Part shown: positions 21,349-31,079 of the stretch, piece after piece
Numbering within the stretch: position 1 is the first letter of the stretch
Layout of the letters: the number at the start of each line of letters is the position of its first letter
Translations under genes and position numbers: made by a program
Assembly: GCA_003218755.1 (NCBI GenBank)
Contig: QHOK01000029.1
Location: 3,180-67,179, forward strand
Length of the DNA: 64,000 nt
Direction of reading: 5' to 3'
Source of the DNA: Verrucomicrobiota bacterium
GTDB lineage: Bacteria; Verrucomicrobiota; Verrucomicrobiia; Chthoniobacterales; UBA10450
Notes under the pieces: generated by a model
Seen by the model: only the letters and a program-made list of their open reading frames with translations
What the model was told of the DNA's origin: nothing
Databases searched by the model: none

Positions 21349-23085
21349 ATGGGACTGGCCGAATACAAACGGAAACGCGACTTCAAGAAGACAGCTGAGC
21401 CGGCGGGAAAACCGCTACCCAAAAAAGTCAAAGGCGCTTCGCGTTTCGTTATTCAAAAGCATGCGGCGCGCCGTTTGCATTATGATTTCCGGTTGGAGAT
21501 GGAAGGCGTACTGAAATCGTGGGCGCTGCCGAAAGGACTTCCCTGGAAGCGAGGCGAAAAACATCTCGCCGTCGAAGTGGAAGATCATCCCATCGAATAT
21601 GAAGACTTCGAGGGCGTAATTCCCGAAGGACAATACGGCGGCGGCACGGTCATGGTGTGGGACCGTGGCACCTATTACGTCTATGGTGAACAGCCGCTGA
21701 AATCGCTGCGCGAGGGCAAGCTTCACCTCATTCTCGACGGTCAAAAAGCGAAGGGCGAATGGACCCTCGTGCGGATTCGCAGTCGTGACGATGCGAAAAA
21801 TCAGTGGCTAATCCTGAAGACGGCGACCGACGCAAAACCGATTTCGCAAAAACTCGAAGATCAGTCGGTGAAGACAGGACGCACGATGAAACAAATCGCC
21901 GAAGCCCGCGACGCCGAGTGGGAGTCCAATCGCCAAACGGATGAAAGCCCAACGTCGCAATTTAAAGCGCGGATTCGCGAGGCGATGGAAAAAAAGGCTG
22001 TCATTCCGAGCAAAGTCGAAAAATCCCGTCGCAAAACCTCAAGACTAAGTGCGCGGGATCCTTCGACGCCGAAATCTTTCGAGGCTCAGCATGACAGGCT
22101 GGCAGATTTGCGCTCGGTCAAAGCGCGCTTCATCGAGCCGATGAAGGCAAAACTGGTCGAGAAACCTCCGGCAACAGGCGGTTGGATCTACGAGCTCAAA
22201 TTCGACGGGATCCGTCTGATCGCAGTCAAGAGAGATAAAAAAGTCTCATTGTTCTCGCGGAACCAAAACGATTTGAGCCCGCGTTTCCCGGAGATCGTGG
22301 AGGCGATAAAGAACCTGCCTGCGCGAGAATGCGTGATTGACGGCGAAGTAGTTGCGCTCGACGACGAGGGCCGCTCTTCGTTCCAACTTTTGCAAGCGCG
22401 CGAGATAGAAGGAGGAAAATCGCCCATTTATTTTTACGCATTCGACCTGCTCCAGCTCGACGGCAAAAGCTTGATCGGGCTGCCGCTGGAGGCGCGCAAG
22501 AACGTTCTCGAAAAACTCTGCGCGAACGCGGGTGATCCGATTCGCTACTCGGGCGCGATCGGCAGCGATGCCAAACGGCTGCTCCAAGAAGTGAAACATC
22601 GCGGTCTGGAAGGCATTATCGGCAAACAGCGCACCTCCGTTTACGAGCCGGGCCGCCGAGGCGGCGCATGGATCAAGCTCAAATGTGTCAATGAACAGGA
22701 ATTCGTCATTGGCGGATACACGCCACCGCAGGGCGCGCGCAAACATTTCGGCGCAATCTTGGTTGGTTACTATGACAACAACAAGATGGTGTTTGCCGGC
22801 AAAGTCGGCACCGGGTTCACTGCCAAATCGTTATCGATGTTGCACAAGAGATTCCAAAAAGAAGCGCGCGACGATTGTCCATTCGTCGATCTGCCATCAA
22901 AACAAAACGGGCAATGGGTCCAGGGGATCACGCCGTCCATGATGAAAAAGATGCACTGGGTGAATCCGAAGCTTGTCGCTCAAATCAAGTTCGCTGAGTG
23001 GACTCGTGATGGAAAATTGCGTGCACCCGTTTTCCTTGGTTTGCGCGAAGATAAAAAGCCGATCGACGTTATTCGCGAGGGTTGA
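21349..23085 (+). CDS. ligD: ATP-dependent DNA ligase LigD, phosphoesterase + ligase domains (no polymerase domain)
   Basis: The PE domain shows LAEYKRKRDFKKTAEP and FVIQKHAARRLHYDFRLE. The ligase domain shows motif I, YELKFDGIRLIAV. The start could be GTG 21331 or ATG 21349. Confidence 0.85.
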   Translation: MGLAEYKRKRDFKKTAEPAGKPLPKKVKGASRFVIQKHAARRLHYDFRLEMEGVLKSWALPKGLPWKRGEKHLAVEVEDHPIEYEDFEGVIPEGQYGGGTVMVWDRGTYYVYGEQPLKSLREGKLHLILDGQKAKGEWTLVRIRSRDDAKNQWLILKTATDAKPISQKLEDQSVKTGRTMKQIAEARDAEWESNRQTDESPTSQFKARIREAMEKKAVIPSKVEKSRRKTSRLSARDPSTPKSFEAQHDRLADLRSVKARFIEPMKAKLVEKPPATGGWIYELKFDGIRLIAVKRDKKVSLFSRNQNDLSPRFPEIVEAIKNLPARECVIDGEVVALDDEGRSSFQLLQAREIEGGKSPIYFYAFDLLQLDGKSLIGLPLEARKNVLEKLCANAGDPIRYSGAIGSDAKRLLQEVKHRGLEGIIGKQRTSVYEPGRRGGAWIKLKCVNEQEFVIGGYTPPQGARKHFGAILVGYYDNNKMVFAGKVGTGFTAKSLSMLHKRFQKEARDDCPFVDLPSKQNGQWVQGITPSMMKKMHWVNPKLVAQIKFAEWTRDGKLRAPVFLGLREDKKPIDVIREG

Positions 23086-23096
23086 AAGAGGAAGGC

Positions 23097-23126
23097 CACA
23101 AGCGTGCTGTGGTGTGGGCGCTTGTG
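23097..23126 (+). terminator. hairpin after ligD
   Basis: 8-bp stem cacaagcg / cgcttgtg with a 14-nt loop, followed by attt. Confidence 0.35.
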
Positions 23127-23192
23127 ATTTAATCCAAGTGGATTGAGCCGAAGAATTGTGAACAGATTCTTATTAAGGAAGGGTTAAGTGCT

Positions 23193-24248
23193 ATGCGTAT
23201 TGCTCAAGTCGCGCCGCTCTATGAGAGCGTACCGCCAAAATACTATGGCGGTACCGAACGGGTTGTATCGTATCTCACTGAGGAATTGGTTCGCCAAGGC
23301 CACGAGGTCACACTTTTTGCAAGCGGAGATTCGGTGACCAAGGCGCATCTGGTCGCGGCGTGCCGCCGTTCATTGCGTATGGATAAGCACTGCGTGGACC
23401 GGATGGCGCACCACATTTTGATGCTCGAACACATGCTGCAGCGCGCTGCGGAGTTCGACATCGTCCATTTTCATACTGACTACCTGCACTTTCCGCTGAG
23501 CCGCCGCGAGCAGATAACGCATGTGACCACGTTGCACGGCCGGCTCGATATTCCTGATCTCGTTCCGCTTCACCAGGAATTTCGAGACATGCCGGTGATC
23601 TCGATCTCGGATGGCCAGAGAGAGCCGTTGCCGTGGGCGAACTGGCAGGCCACCGTTTACCATGGTTTGCCAGCAGACATGTACCAGTTCCGCGACGAAC
23701 CGGGCAGTTATCTTGCCTTTTTAGGCCGGGTTTCGCCTGAGAAACGAGTGGATCGGGCAATCGAAATCGCAAAGCAGGTCCGGATTCCACTCAAGATCGC
23801 TGCCAAAGTGGATCGCGTGGACACGGATTATTTTGAGACCGTGGTCGAGCCACTGCTGCGCCATCCATTTGTCGAGTTTGTGGGGGAGATCGGCGAAGGA
23901 GAGAAAGCGGAGTTCCTGGGGAATGCATACGCTTTGCTCTTTCCGATCGACTGGCCAGAGCCATTCGGGCTGGTGATGATTGAAGCGATGGCATGCGGCA
24001 CTCCGGTGATTGCGTACCGCGGTGGGGCAGTACCCGAGGTGATGGAAGAAGGTCATACAGGATTCATCGTCGAAGGTTTGGAAGATGCGGTTGAAGCCGT
24101 CCTTCGTGTACCCGAATTGAGCCGGAAACGGTGTCGCGAAGTCTTTGACCAACGGTTTACCGCCGCGCGAATGGCGCACGATTACGTGCAGGTGTACGAA
24201 CGGCTAATTAACAGCAAACAACAAGATCGTTTGGAGGTGCGCGCGTAA
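23193..24248 (+). CDS. glycosyltransferase family 4 (GT-B, group 1)
   Basis: MRIAQVAPLYESVPPKYYGGTERVVSYLTEELVRQGHEVTLFASGDS at the N-terminus, and the EPFGLVMIEAMACGTPVIA motif. Confidence 0.85.
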   Translation: MRIAQVAPLYESVPPKYYGGTERVVSYLTEELVRQGHEVTLFASGDSVTKAHLVAACRRSLRMDKHCVDRMAHHILMLEHMLQRAAEFDIVHFHTDYLHFPLSRREQITHVTTLHGRLDIPDLVPLHQEFRDMPVISISDGQREPLPWANWQATVYHGLPADMYQFRDEPGSYLAFLGRVSPEKRVDRAIEIAKQVRIPLKIAAKVDRVDTDYFETVVEPLLRHPFVEFVGEIGEGEKAEFLGNAYALLFPIDWPEPFGLVMIEAMACGTPVIAYRGGAVPEVMEEGHTGFIVEGLEDAVEAVLRVPELSRKRCREVFDQRFTAARMAHDYVQVYERLINSKQQDRLEVRA

Positions 24249-26425
24249 TGGCCAGGGAAGTTATCCGCGTCCGGAATGAATTTTACATTCGTTCGTCGTC
24301 CGCTCGCGTCGATGTTCGCACCCGAGTGTTGAAACAGGGCGACACTTTCGCTGTGTTCGACCGGTTTGGTGACATCGAGACATTCGGCACCGGCGAACTC
24401 GGCCTTTACTATCAGGACACTCGATTTTTGTCGCGGCTGACGTTGAAACTCGGAAAGGACCGTCCGCTGCTGCTCAGTTCCACCGTCAGAGAAGACAACG
24501 CGGTCATGGCGGTGGACGCCACGAACCCCGATGCCTGGCGCAACAGCGAGATAGTGATTCCGCGAGGAACAGTGCACGTGTTTCGCTCAAAGATTCTGTG
24601 GGAGAAAACGTGTCACGAGAGGCTCCGAATCCATAACTACGGACGCGCAGCCGTCGATGTTTCTTTCGCAATCGAATTCGATGCTGATTTTGCCGACATT
24701 TTCGAGCTGCGCGGCATGAACCGAGAACGTCGCGGCCGTCGCTTGGAAACGGAGGTTACCAAGGATGGGCTTGTTCTCGCTTACGAAGGGTTGGATAACC
24801 GTCTTCGCCGGACGCGAATCGTTTTCGATCCGGCGCCTACTCGGCTAAACGAGTCCGTCGCCACGTTTCAAATTCGGCTGGAAGCTGGTAAAGATGCCAG
24901 CTACCGATGCGCGATTGCATGCGAAGTAGACGGCGATTCGCGAAATGAGGTCAGGCCTTGCTACGAAACCGTTGTTGAGGAGGCGGCGAGTGCTCTCGAA
25001 CGTGTGCGCGCCCGAGAGCCGCAGATTTTTACCGGAAACGAACAGTTCAACGATTGGCTAAACCGTTCGCTTGCCGATCTCCACATGATGCGAACGGAAA
25101 CGGCCTATGGCCCGTATCCTTACGCTGGTGTTCCATGGTTTAGCACGGTTTTCGGCCGAGACGGAATCATCACGGCGCTTCAATGTCTGTGGTTTGATCC
25201 TTCTGTCGCGCGTGGCGTCCTGGCATACCTCGCTGCCACCCAGGCCGACACGCACAACCCGGAGCAGGACGCGGAGCCCGGCAAGGTGATACACGAGATA
25301 CGCGCGGACGAAATGGCCACCTTGGGAGAGGTTCCGTTTAAGCGGTACTACGGCAGCATCGATGCGACGCCGCTCTTTGTTATACTCGCTGGCGCATATC
25401 ACCAGCGCACGGGCGACCGCGCCTTCGTAGAGTCCATTTGGCCAAATATCGAGCGCGCGCTTGAGTGGATCGATCGTTACGGCGATTCAGATGGCGACGG
25501 TTTCGTGGAATATGCTCGCAAAGCGAAACATGGTCTGATCCATCAGGGCTGGAAAGATTCTCACGACGCAATTTTCCACAGGGACGGCACTTCTGCCGAA
25601 GGACCAATCGCGCTTTGCGAGGTGCAGGGTTATGTATACGGTGCAAAGACGGCGGCCAGTGAACTTGCCCGGACACTCGGGAACGCCGCACGTGCGCAAG
25701 AATTGTCGAAACAGGCAGAAGCGCTCTGTCGCCAGTTCGAGAAAGCGTTTTGGTGTGACGACATTTCCACTTACGCCCTTGCGTTGGACGGGAGCAAGCA
25801 GCCTTGCAAAGTGCGAACGTCGAACGCGGGGCACTGTCTGTTCGCCGGTATCGCGACACAGGAGCAGGCACGTCGTGTAGCGACAACGCTTACAGACGAA
25901 ACATCGTTCTCCGGTTGGGGCATCCGTACGGTGGCTAGCACCGAGGCGCGCTACAATCCCATGTCCTATCACAATGGATCGGTCTGGCCGCACGATAACG
26001 CCTTAATTGCCGGCGGGTTTGCGCGATACGGATTGAAAGACTCGGCGGCGATGCTCCTTGCCGGTTTGCTCGACGCCAGTCTTTTCTTCGATCTGCATCG
26101 TCTGCCGGAATTATTTTGCGGCTTCCCCAGGCGCCCTGGTGAATCTCCGACGCTTTATCCCGTAGCCTGTAATCCGCAGGCCTGGGCGTCGGGTGCGGTC
26201 TTTCTCTTGCTTGAAGCTTGTCTCGGCTTGAGCGTGTCTGCTCCCGAACGAACGCTGGTGTTTTCGAAGCCAGTTTTGCCAGCCTTCCTTCCGGAGGTGA
26301 GCATTCGTGATCTGAGAGTAGGAGATGCGCGAGTAGATCTTCTGCTCACCAGACACGACGAAGGCGATGTAGGAGTTAACGTGCTCCGCCGCAATGGAGC
26401 GCTCGAGGTCGTGATTTTAAAGTAG
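24248..26425 (+). CDS. amylo-alpha-1,6-glucosidase / glycogen-debranching-enzyme-like protein (GDE_N + GDE_C)
   Basis: 725 aa. The start ATG overlaps the GT4 stop (TAATG). The C-terminal (alpha/alpha)6-type motifs are PYAGVPWFSTVFGRDG, GKVIHEIR and YHNGSVWPHDNA. Confidence 0.8.
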   Translation: MAREVIRVRNEFYIRSSSARVDVRTRVLKQGDTFAVFDRFGDIETFGTGELGLYYQDTRFLSRLTLKLGKDRPLLLSSTVREDNAVMAVDATNPDAWRNSEIVIPRGTVHVFRSKILWEKTCHERLRIHNYGRAAVDVSFAIEFDADFADIFELRGMNRERRGRRLETEVTKDGLVLAYEGLDNRLRRTRIVFDPAPTRLNESVATFQIRLEAGKDASYRCAIACEVDGDSRNEVRPCYETVVEEAASALERVRAREPQIFTGNEQFNDWLNRSLADLHMMRTETAYGPYPYAGVPWFSTVFGRDGIITALQCLWFDPSVARGVLAYLAATQADTHNPEQDAEPGKVIHEIRADEMATLGEVPFKRYYGSIDATPLFVILAGAYHQRTGDRAFVESIWPNIERALEWIDRYGDSDGDGFVEYARKAKHGLIHQGWKDSHDAIFHRDGTSAEGPIALCEVQGYVYGAKTAASELARTLGNAARAQELSKQAEALCRQFEKAFWCDDISTYALALDGSKQPCKVRTSNAGHCLFAGIATQEQARRVATTLTDETSFSGWGIRTVASTEARYNPMSYHNGSVWPHDNALIAGGFARYGLKDSAAMLLAGLLDASLFFDLHRLPELFCGFPRRPGESPTLYPVACNPQAWASGAVFLLLEACLGLSVSAPERTLVFSKPVLPAFLPEVSIRDLRVGDARVDLLLTRHDEGDVGVNVLRRNGALEVVILK

Positions 26426-26496
26426 GTGTATTCATCGGTAAACGGAGTTTCTCCGGGATTGCGCTTGTCCGCGTGCTCGTCGAGAAATATTGTGGA

Positions 26497-26802
26497 ATGA
26501 TGAAGGCAAAAGTGATTGTGATGCCAAAGGCAGCGGTGCTCGATCCGCAAGGCAACGCAGTCCGGGATGCGATGCAGCACTTGGGAATGCCAGAGGTGCG
26601 CAGCGTGAGGATCGGCAAATACATGGAGATCGATATTGAGGGACAAAACGGAGAGCTCGAATCGCGTTTGCATCGTCTTTGCCGCGATTTGCTGTCGAAT
26701 CCAGTGATCGAAGATTACGAGCTGCAGAAGCGCGAATCAGGAAACCAAGAACAGAGTAAGACGAATACAAAGACGAAGCCTAAGAGGAAGACGAATCAAT
26801 GA
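26497..26802 (+). CDS. purS: phosphoribosylformylglycinamidine synthase subunit PurS with a Lys/Thr-rich C-terminal tail
   Basis: MMKAKVIVMPKAAVLDPQGNAVRDAMQHLGMPEVRSVRIGKYMEIDIEG is typical PurS. There is an extra tail, ESGNQEQSKTNTKTKPKRKTNQ. purQ follows. Confidence 0.85.
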   Translation: MMKAKVIVMPKAAVLDPQGNAVRDAMQHLGMPEVRSVRIGKYMEIDIEGQNGELESRLHRLCRDLLSNPVIEDYELQKRESGNQEQSKTNTKTKPKRKTNQ

Positions 26803-26981
26803 AAGCACTGCGATATTTTTTCTGCGTGGTACTGCCGCCGCTCGCAGTGCTCATGACCGGACGCATTGCCAGTTTTTTTCTCAGCCTAGTTTTGACATTG
26901 CTTGGCTGGATCCCAGGAGTCATTCACGCCTGCCTGGTCGTGAACGATTATCACGCTGAGCAGCGCGCCGCCGCGCATTAG
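26799..26981 (+). CDS. YqaE/Pmp3 family small membrane proteolipid
   Basis: 60 aa with the UPF0057/Pmp3 signature VLPPLAVLMTGR...LTLLGWIPGVIHA. Its start overlaps the purS stop (ATGA). Confidence 0.75.
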   Translation: MKALRYFFCVVLPPLAVLMTGRIASFFLSLVLTLLGWIPGVIHACLVVNDYHAEQRAAAH

Positions 26982-26987
26982 ATCGAC

Positions 26988-27722
26988 ATGAAATTCGCTG
27001 TCATCCAATTTCCCGGTTCGAATTGTGATCAAGATTGCGTTGCAGGAATCAATGGCCTGGATGGATTGCATGCCGAGTACGTCTGGCACAAGGAAACGTC
27101 GCTCGATGATTTTGACGCGATCGTGCTCCCGGGGGGATTTGCCTACGGCGATTACCTCCGTTGTGGAGCGATCGCTCGGTTTTCGCCAGTCATGAAAGCA
27201 GTGATCAGCGATGCGCGCGCAGGCAAACTCGTGCTCGGCACATGCAACGGCTTTCAAATTTTATGCGAAGCCGGTTTGCTGCCGGGCGCGCTGGTGCGCA
27301 ATCGTTCGTTGCGCTTCGTGTGCGACATGGTTATCACGCGAGTGGAAGTAGATGCTTCGCCGTTTACCCACGGCTGCCCGAAAGGGACGCTTCTGCGTCT
27401 GCCTGTAGCGCACGGCGAAGGCTGTTTCTTCGCCGACCCAGAAACTTTTCGCGACCTCAACGCCAACCAACAAATCATTCTGCGCTACTCGGATGCACAA
27501 GGCCGTATCGTTCCAGACGCGAACCCGAATGGCTCAATCGAAAACATCGCCGGGATCTGCAATCGCAAACGTAATGTCTTCGGTTTGATGCCTCATCCGG
27601 ATCGCGCCTCCGATCCCCGGCTCGGGAGCGCAGACGGCGCAAAGATCTTCCAGTCAATGATGGAAACGATTCTCGCCAGTCGTTCGACGAGCGCACCCGA
27701 GCGCGTAGCACAGGTCGCGTGA
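26988..27722 (+). CDS. purQ: phosphoribosylformylglycinamidine synthase subunit PurQ (glutaminase)
   Basis: MKFAVIQFPGSNCDQDC at the N-terminus, the nucleophile-cysteine motif GTCNGFQ, and MPHPDR. Confidence 0.93.
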   Translation: MKFAVIQFPGSNCDQDCVAGINGLDGLHAEYVWHKETSLDDFDAIVLPGGFAYGDYLRCGAIARFSPVMKAVISDARAGKLVLGTCNGFQILCEAGLLPGALVRNRSLRFVCDMVITRVEVDASPFTHGCPKGTLLRLPVAHGEGCFFADPETFRDLNANQQIILRYSDAQGRIVPDANPNGSIENIAGICNRKRNVFGLMPHPDRASDPRLGSADGAKIFQSMMETILASRSTSAPERVAQVA

Positions 27723-28369
27723 GTCTCTTCATTACCGGGACCGATACGGGCGTAGGAAAAACCCATATTGCCGCACGGCTTTTGCGTCTGTTGCGCGCAT
27801 CCGGTTTCCGCTGCGCCGGGATGAAACCGATTTGTTGCGGAGATCGTCAGGATGCCGAGGCGCTTTTGGCAGCCGGCAGTGACTGCGTGGCGATCAATGA
27901 AGTGAATCCAATTTGGTTAAAAACACCGGCCGCTCCGATCGTGGGCACTCTCATGGAGAAAGTGACCATCGATATCGAACAAATTCTCGCTGCTTTTCAT
28001 GTTCTCCAGGAGCGCGTTGAACACGTCGTCGTGGAAGGAACAGGCGGCTGGCTGGTGCCGATTCGCTCAGATTACTTTGTCAGCGATTTGGCCGCGGCGA
28101 TGAAGCTGCCGGTTCTCGTGGTCGCGCAAAACCGGTTGGGTTGTCTTAACCACGCTGCGCTCACCGTGCGAAGCGTTGCCGCATGCGAGCTCCAGTGCGT
28201 GGGTCTTGTATTGAACAGTACCGAAATGGCGAGCGATATAGCAGCCCTGACGAACGCCGACATTCTCAAGCGCACTCTCAATGTTCCAGTGCTTGCTGGA
28301 CTAGGAGAAAACCTGGCGGAACTCCCGGTGGACTGGCGACTTATGCTCGATTCGACTAGGGAACATTAG
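27719..28369 (+). CDS. bioD: dethiobiotin synthase
   Basis: The GTG start overlaps the purQ stop. The P-loop reads FITGTDTGVGKTHIA, and there is an EGTGGWLVP motif. Confidence 0.85.
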   Translation: MSLFITGTDTGVGKTHIAARLLRLLRASGFRCAGMKPICCGDRQDAEALLAAGSDCVAINEVNPIWLKTPAAPIVGTLMEKVTIDIEQILAAFHVLQERVEHVVVEGTGGWLVPIRSDYFVSDLAAAMKLPVLVVAQNRLGCLNHAALTVRSVAACELQCVGLVLNSTEMASDIAALTNADILKRTLNVPVLAGLGENLAELPVDWRLMLDSTREH

Positions 28370-28519
28370 CGTGTTGAGCTGATACAGCATTGTAAAGAAA
28401 ACGAACACAATTCGGGCAGGATCGGCTTGGGTTCGCTTGGGCAAAAGGGATGGCATCGCTGTTGCTTAAAGTTGTGTCTGAAAAACCTCATTCCTATGCT
28501 CTTAGAAAAAACCTTACAT

Positions 28520-28972
28520 ATGAGCCAGCCGTTGCCAGAGTGCAAAGCTCGTCTGGCCAGCATTCAATCATACCGGCGTCAGTTTCTGATGGTGACGCGT
28601 GCAACAGTGACGTCATCCAAAACCGTCGATTTCAGCTTTCGCGGCCCATTCGGCTTTGAGGCGCATACCGTGCTTCTATCGGTCGAGAGCGACTCGCCAG
28701 ACCAATACGCATTCGAATCCGTAGGCGGCAACATTGCCCTGATGGGCATCGTTGATTTCGCTCAGATTCGTCCAAACTGCACGGAGGTCACGCTCGCGGT
28801 TCACTACGAAATCAAGAACAAACTGTTCGCCTGGCTCGACCGGCGTTTGCATTTTGTGGACAGCTTCGTGACTGCGGAATTGCGCAGCATCCGTGCGCAT
28901 TTCGAAGGCATTGCGGCCAGTTATCTGGATCACGCGCGCGTTATGCCCGTGCTCCAAACGGCCCCAGCCTGA
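28520..28972 (+). CDS. SRPBCC (polyketide cyclase/START-like) superfamily protein, start uncertain
   Basis: The track ORF is 28427..28972. The size and pattern (TVDFSFRGPFGFEAHTVLL...CTEVTLAVHYEIKNKLFAWLD) resemble SRPBCC proteins. Candidate starts are ATG 28520, 28427 and 28589. Confidence 0.4.
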   Translation: MSQPLPECKARLASIQSYRRQFLMVTRATVTSSKTVDFSFRGPFGFEAHTVLLSVESDSPDQYAFESVGGNIALMGIVDFAQIRPNCTEVTLAVHYEIKNKLFAWLDRRLHFVDSFVTAELRSIRAHFEGIAASYLDHARVMPVLQTAPA

Positions 28973-28988
28973 GGAGGCGGAAATTCGA

Positions 28989-29022
28989 AGAGCCATGCAG
29001 CCGGGAAGGCTTACGTGGCTCT
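28989..29022. terminator. hairpin between the convergent SRPBCC gene and tyrS
   Basis: 7-bp stem agagcca / tggctct, followed by tttg on the plus strand. Confidence 0.3.
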
Positions 29023-29040
29023 TTTGCTGTACGCGGGCGC

Positions 29041-30222
29041 TTACGTGATCCGCACTGCGTGCCTTTTGTCGAGGCGAAGAATTTGACCGGATTTCACTTG
29101 GACGATTGCCTTGGGGTCGCGAACCGTCTGCCCATCCAGTTCGACGCTTCCCTGTTTAATTAGCCGCGAGGCTTCGCTACGCGATTTCTTGAGGTCAAAT
29201 GCTTCGCGATAACCGCTGCAAACGAGAGTGACAAGATCACATTGGTTAAGGCCACTTGCTGAAAACGTCGGCAATTCAGCATGTTCCAGATCGCGCTTGC
29301 TGAAGCGCGTGGTCCAGTCATCGAGTGTTTTTTGGGCGATCGCAGACGAGTGGTAGGTTTGCACGATTTCGAAGGCGAGCTGCTTTTTCGCCTCGAGCGG
29401 GTGCTTGCCGGCCGGCGGTGCGCGCCCGAGGAGCAATTCATAATAACGCGCCATCAATTCATCCGGGATGCTCATCAGTTTCCCGAACATGTCTGAGGGG
29501 GACTCGTTGATCGCTACAAAATTGCCGAAGCTCTTGCTCATTTTCCTGAGGCCATCCAGGCCTTCAAGTATCGGCACGAGGAAAACGACCTGCTGCGGCA
29601 GGCCCTCTTCTCTTTGAAAGTCGCGCCCGATTAAAATGTTAAAAAGCTGGTCTGTCCCTCCAAGTTCCACGTCGGCTTTTACCATTACCGAATCCCAGCC
29701 TTGCATAATGGGATACTGGATTTCGTGGGCGTGAATGGGTTGTTGATTGTCGATACGCCCCTTGAAATCTTCGCGTTGCAACATTTGTTGCAACGTGACG
29801 CGGCTGTTCAGGCGAATGACATCTTCGAACGACATTGCCCGAAACCAGTCGCCATTGCACACCGTCTCGGTGCGCGCGGGATCGAGAATCTTGAATGCCT
29901 GCTCGCGGTAAGTTGCCGCATTTGCAATCACTTCCTGATGCGTTAACTGGGCCCGTGTGACAGAGCGACCACTCGGATCGCCGATCATCCCCGTGAAATC
30001 CCCGATAATAAGAACGGCTTGATGGCCGAGATCTTGAAACTGCCTCAGTTTTCGCAAAACAACCGTGTGGCCAAGGTGAATGTCTGAGGTGGTCGGATCG
30101 ACCCCAAGTTTTATCCGCAACGGCCGGCCGAGCGCGAGCTTCTCGCGCAGCTCATCTTCGCTGATGATCTGCGCCGCGCCTTGTTTTAAGAACGCCAGAG
30201 CTTCTTCTGGTTGCATGTTCAA
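29041..30222 (-). CDS. tyrS: tyrosine--tRNA ligase (with C-terminal S4 domain)
   Basis: It has the HIGH motif (DIHLGHTV), the KMSKS motif (RKMSKSFGN) and an S4-like tail. Confidence 0.93.
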   Translation of the reverse strand: MNMQPEEALAFLKQGAAQIISEDELREKLALGRPLRIKLGVDPTTSDIHLGHTVVLRKLRQFQDLGHQAVLIIGDFTGMIGDPSGRSVTRAQLTHQEVIANAATYREQAFKILDPARTETVCNGDWFRAMSFEDVIRLNSRVTLQQMLQREDFKGRIDNQQPIHAHEIQYPIMQGWDSVMVKADVELGGTDQLFNILIGRDFQREEGLPQQVVFLVPILEGLDGLRKMSKSFGNFVAINESPSDMFGKLMSIPDELMARYYELLLGRAPPAGKHPLEAKKQLAFEIVQTYHSSAIAQKTLDDWTTRFSKRDLEHAELPTFSASGLNQCDLVTLVCSGYREAFDLKKSRSEASRLIKQGSVELDGQTVRDPKAIVQVKSGQILRLDKRHAVRIT

Positions 30223-30258
30223 CCACAGAATAGCGCATCCGCATAGGGCGGACGAACG

Positions 30259-30777
30259 CTACTTGTTTTTATTCAGCAACTCGCGCACCTGCTCGATCGT
30301 GAGCGGCGCATTTTGCCTGTTGAGCGATTTTTGACTTTTGCCCTCGTCCAGGAACGGGCGGTTTTCTGCATACGCGCGAACGGCAACTTTCTTGTCAGAT
30401 TGCGGAGCATCGCGTACGCCGCGGGCAGTCTGATTTGCATAGCCAGATTGAGAATTTCCCATTGCTTGCTGCGACGAAGTGTTGAACGCGCTGCGTCCGC
30501 TGTGGAAAGGCTGAGAATTATATTGTTGTGTGGAGAAATGTCCTGTTCCTGAATAACTTTTCTGATTCGATTTCTTTTGGACGTAAAATGTTCCGACAGT
30601 TGCTCGTTTGTTTATCGAGGCCGTACCATCGGCGAAAAATTTCTTGTGCTGTGCCTCATTTTTTAAGGCCATGTCCGGTCTGAGCAGCCGATCTACCAGC
30701 TTTCTTTCCTGTTCCTGACCGCGTACACAGGAGAGAGCAGCCACGAATAGTACGCAGACGGCGGCCGATGTTCGCAT
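30259..30777 (-). CDS. hypothetical secreted Gln/Ser/Asn-rich protein
   Basis: From ATG 30777 the sequence reads MRTSAAVCVLFVAALSCVRGQ (signal peptide). I recognise no family. Confidence 0.45.
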   Translation of the reverse strand: MRTSAAVCVLFVAALSCVRGQEQERKLVDRLLRPDMALKNEAQHKKFFADGTASINKRATVGTFYVQKKSNQKSYSGTGHFSTQQYNSQPFHSGRSAFNTSSQQAMGNSQSGYANQTARGVRDAPQSDKKVAVRAYAENRPFLDEGKSQKSLNRQNAPLTIEQVRELLNKNK

Positions 30778-30872
30778 CCCGCAAGACTGCCGGAATCGCG
30801 AGGCAGTTGTAAAGCAAATTTGCTGATTCAACCGGCGGCCGAAGCCCTGGGGCAAACGCCGTGCGCATAGGG

Positions 30873-30989
30873 TCGCCTCTCCCTTTGCAAGGGAGAGGGG
30901 GAGGGTGAGGACTTATTTTAGGCCGAGTGCGCGTGTCGGAGCTCCAACCCCTCACCTGTCCTCTCCCCTTACGCAAAGGGGAGAGGCGA
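30873..30989. repeat. nested palindromic REP-like element (family B)
   Basis: The left arm is tcgcctctccctttgcaagggagagggggagggtgagg. The right arm is cctcacctgtcctctccccttacgcaaaggggagaggcga. The arms are mutually inverted, and each contains its own hairpin (ctctccc...gggagag). Confidence 0.6.
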
Positions 30990-31079
30990 AAAACGACTAC
31001 GAGACAGGCCGTGAACACCCGCGAGCTGGAACTTGGCTTTTTGTTGTGCTTGATCGCTTTCTCGGCAGATAATGCGGAC

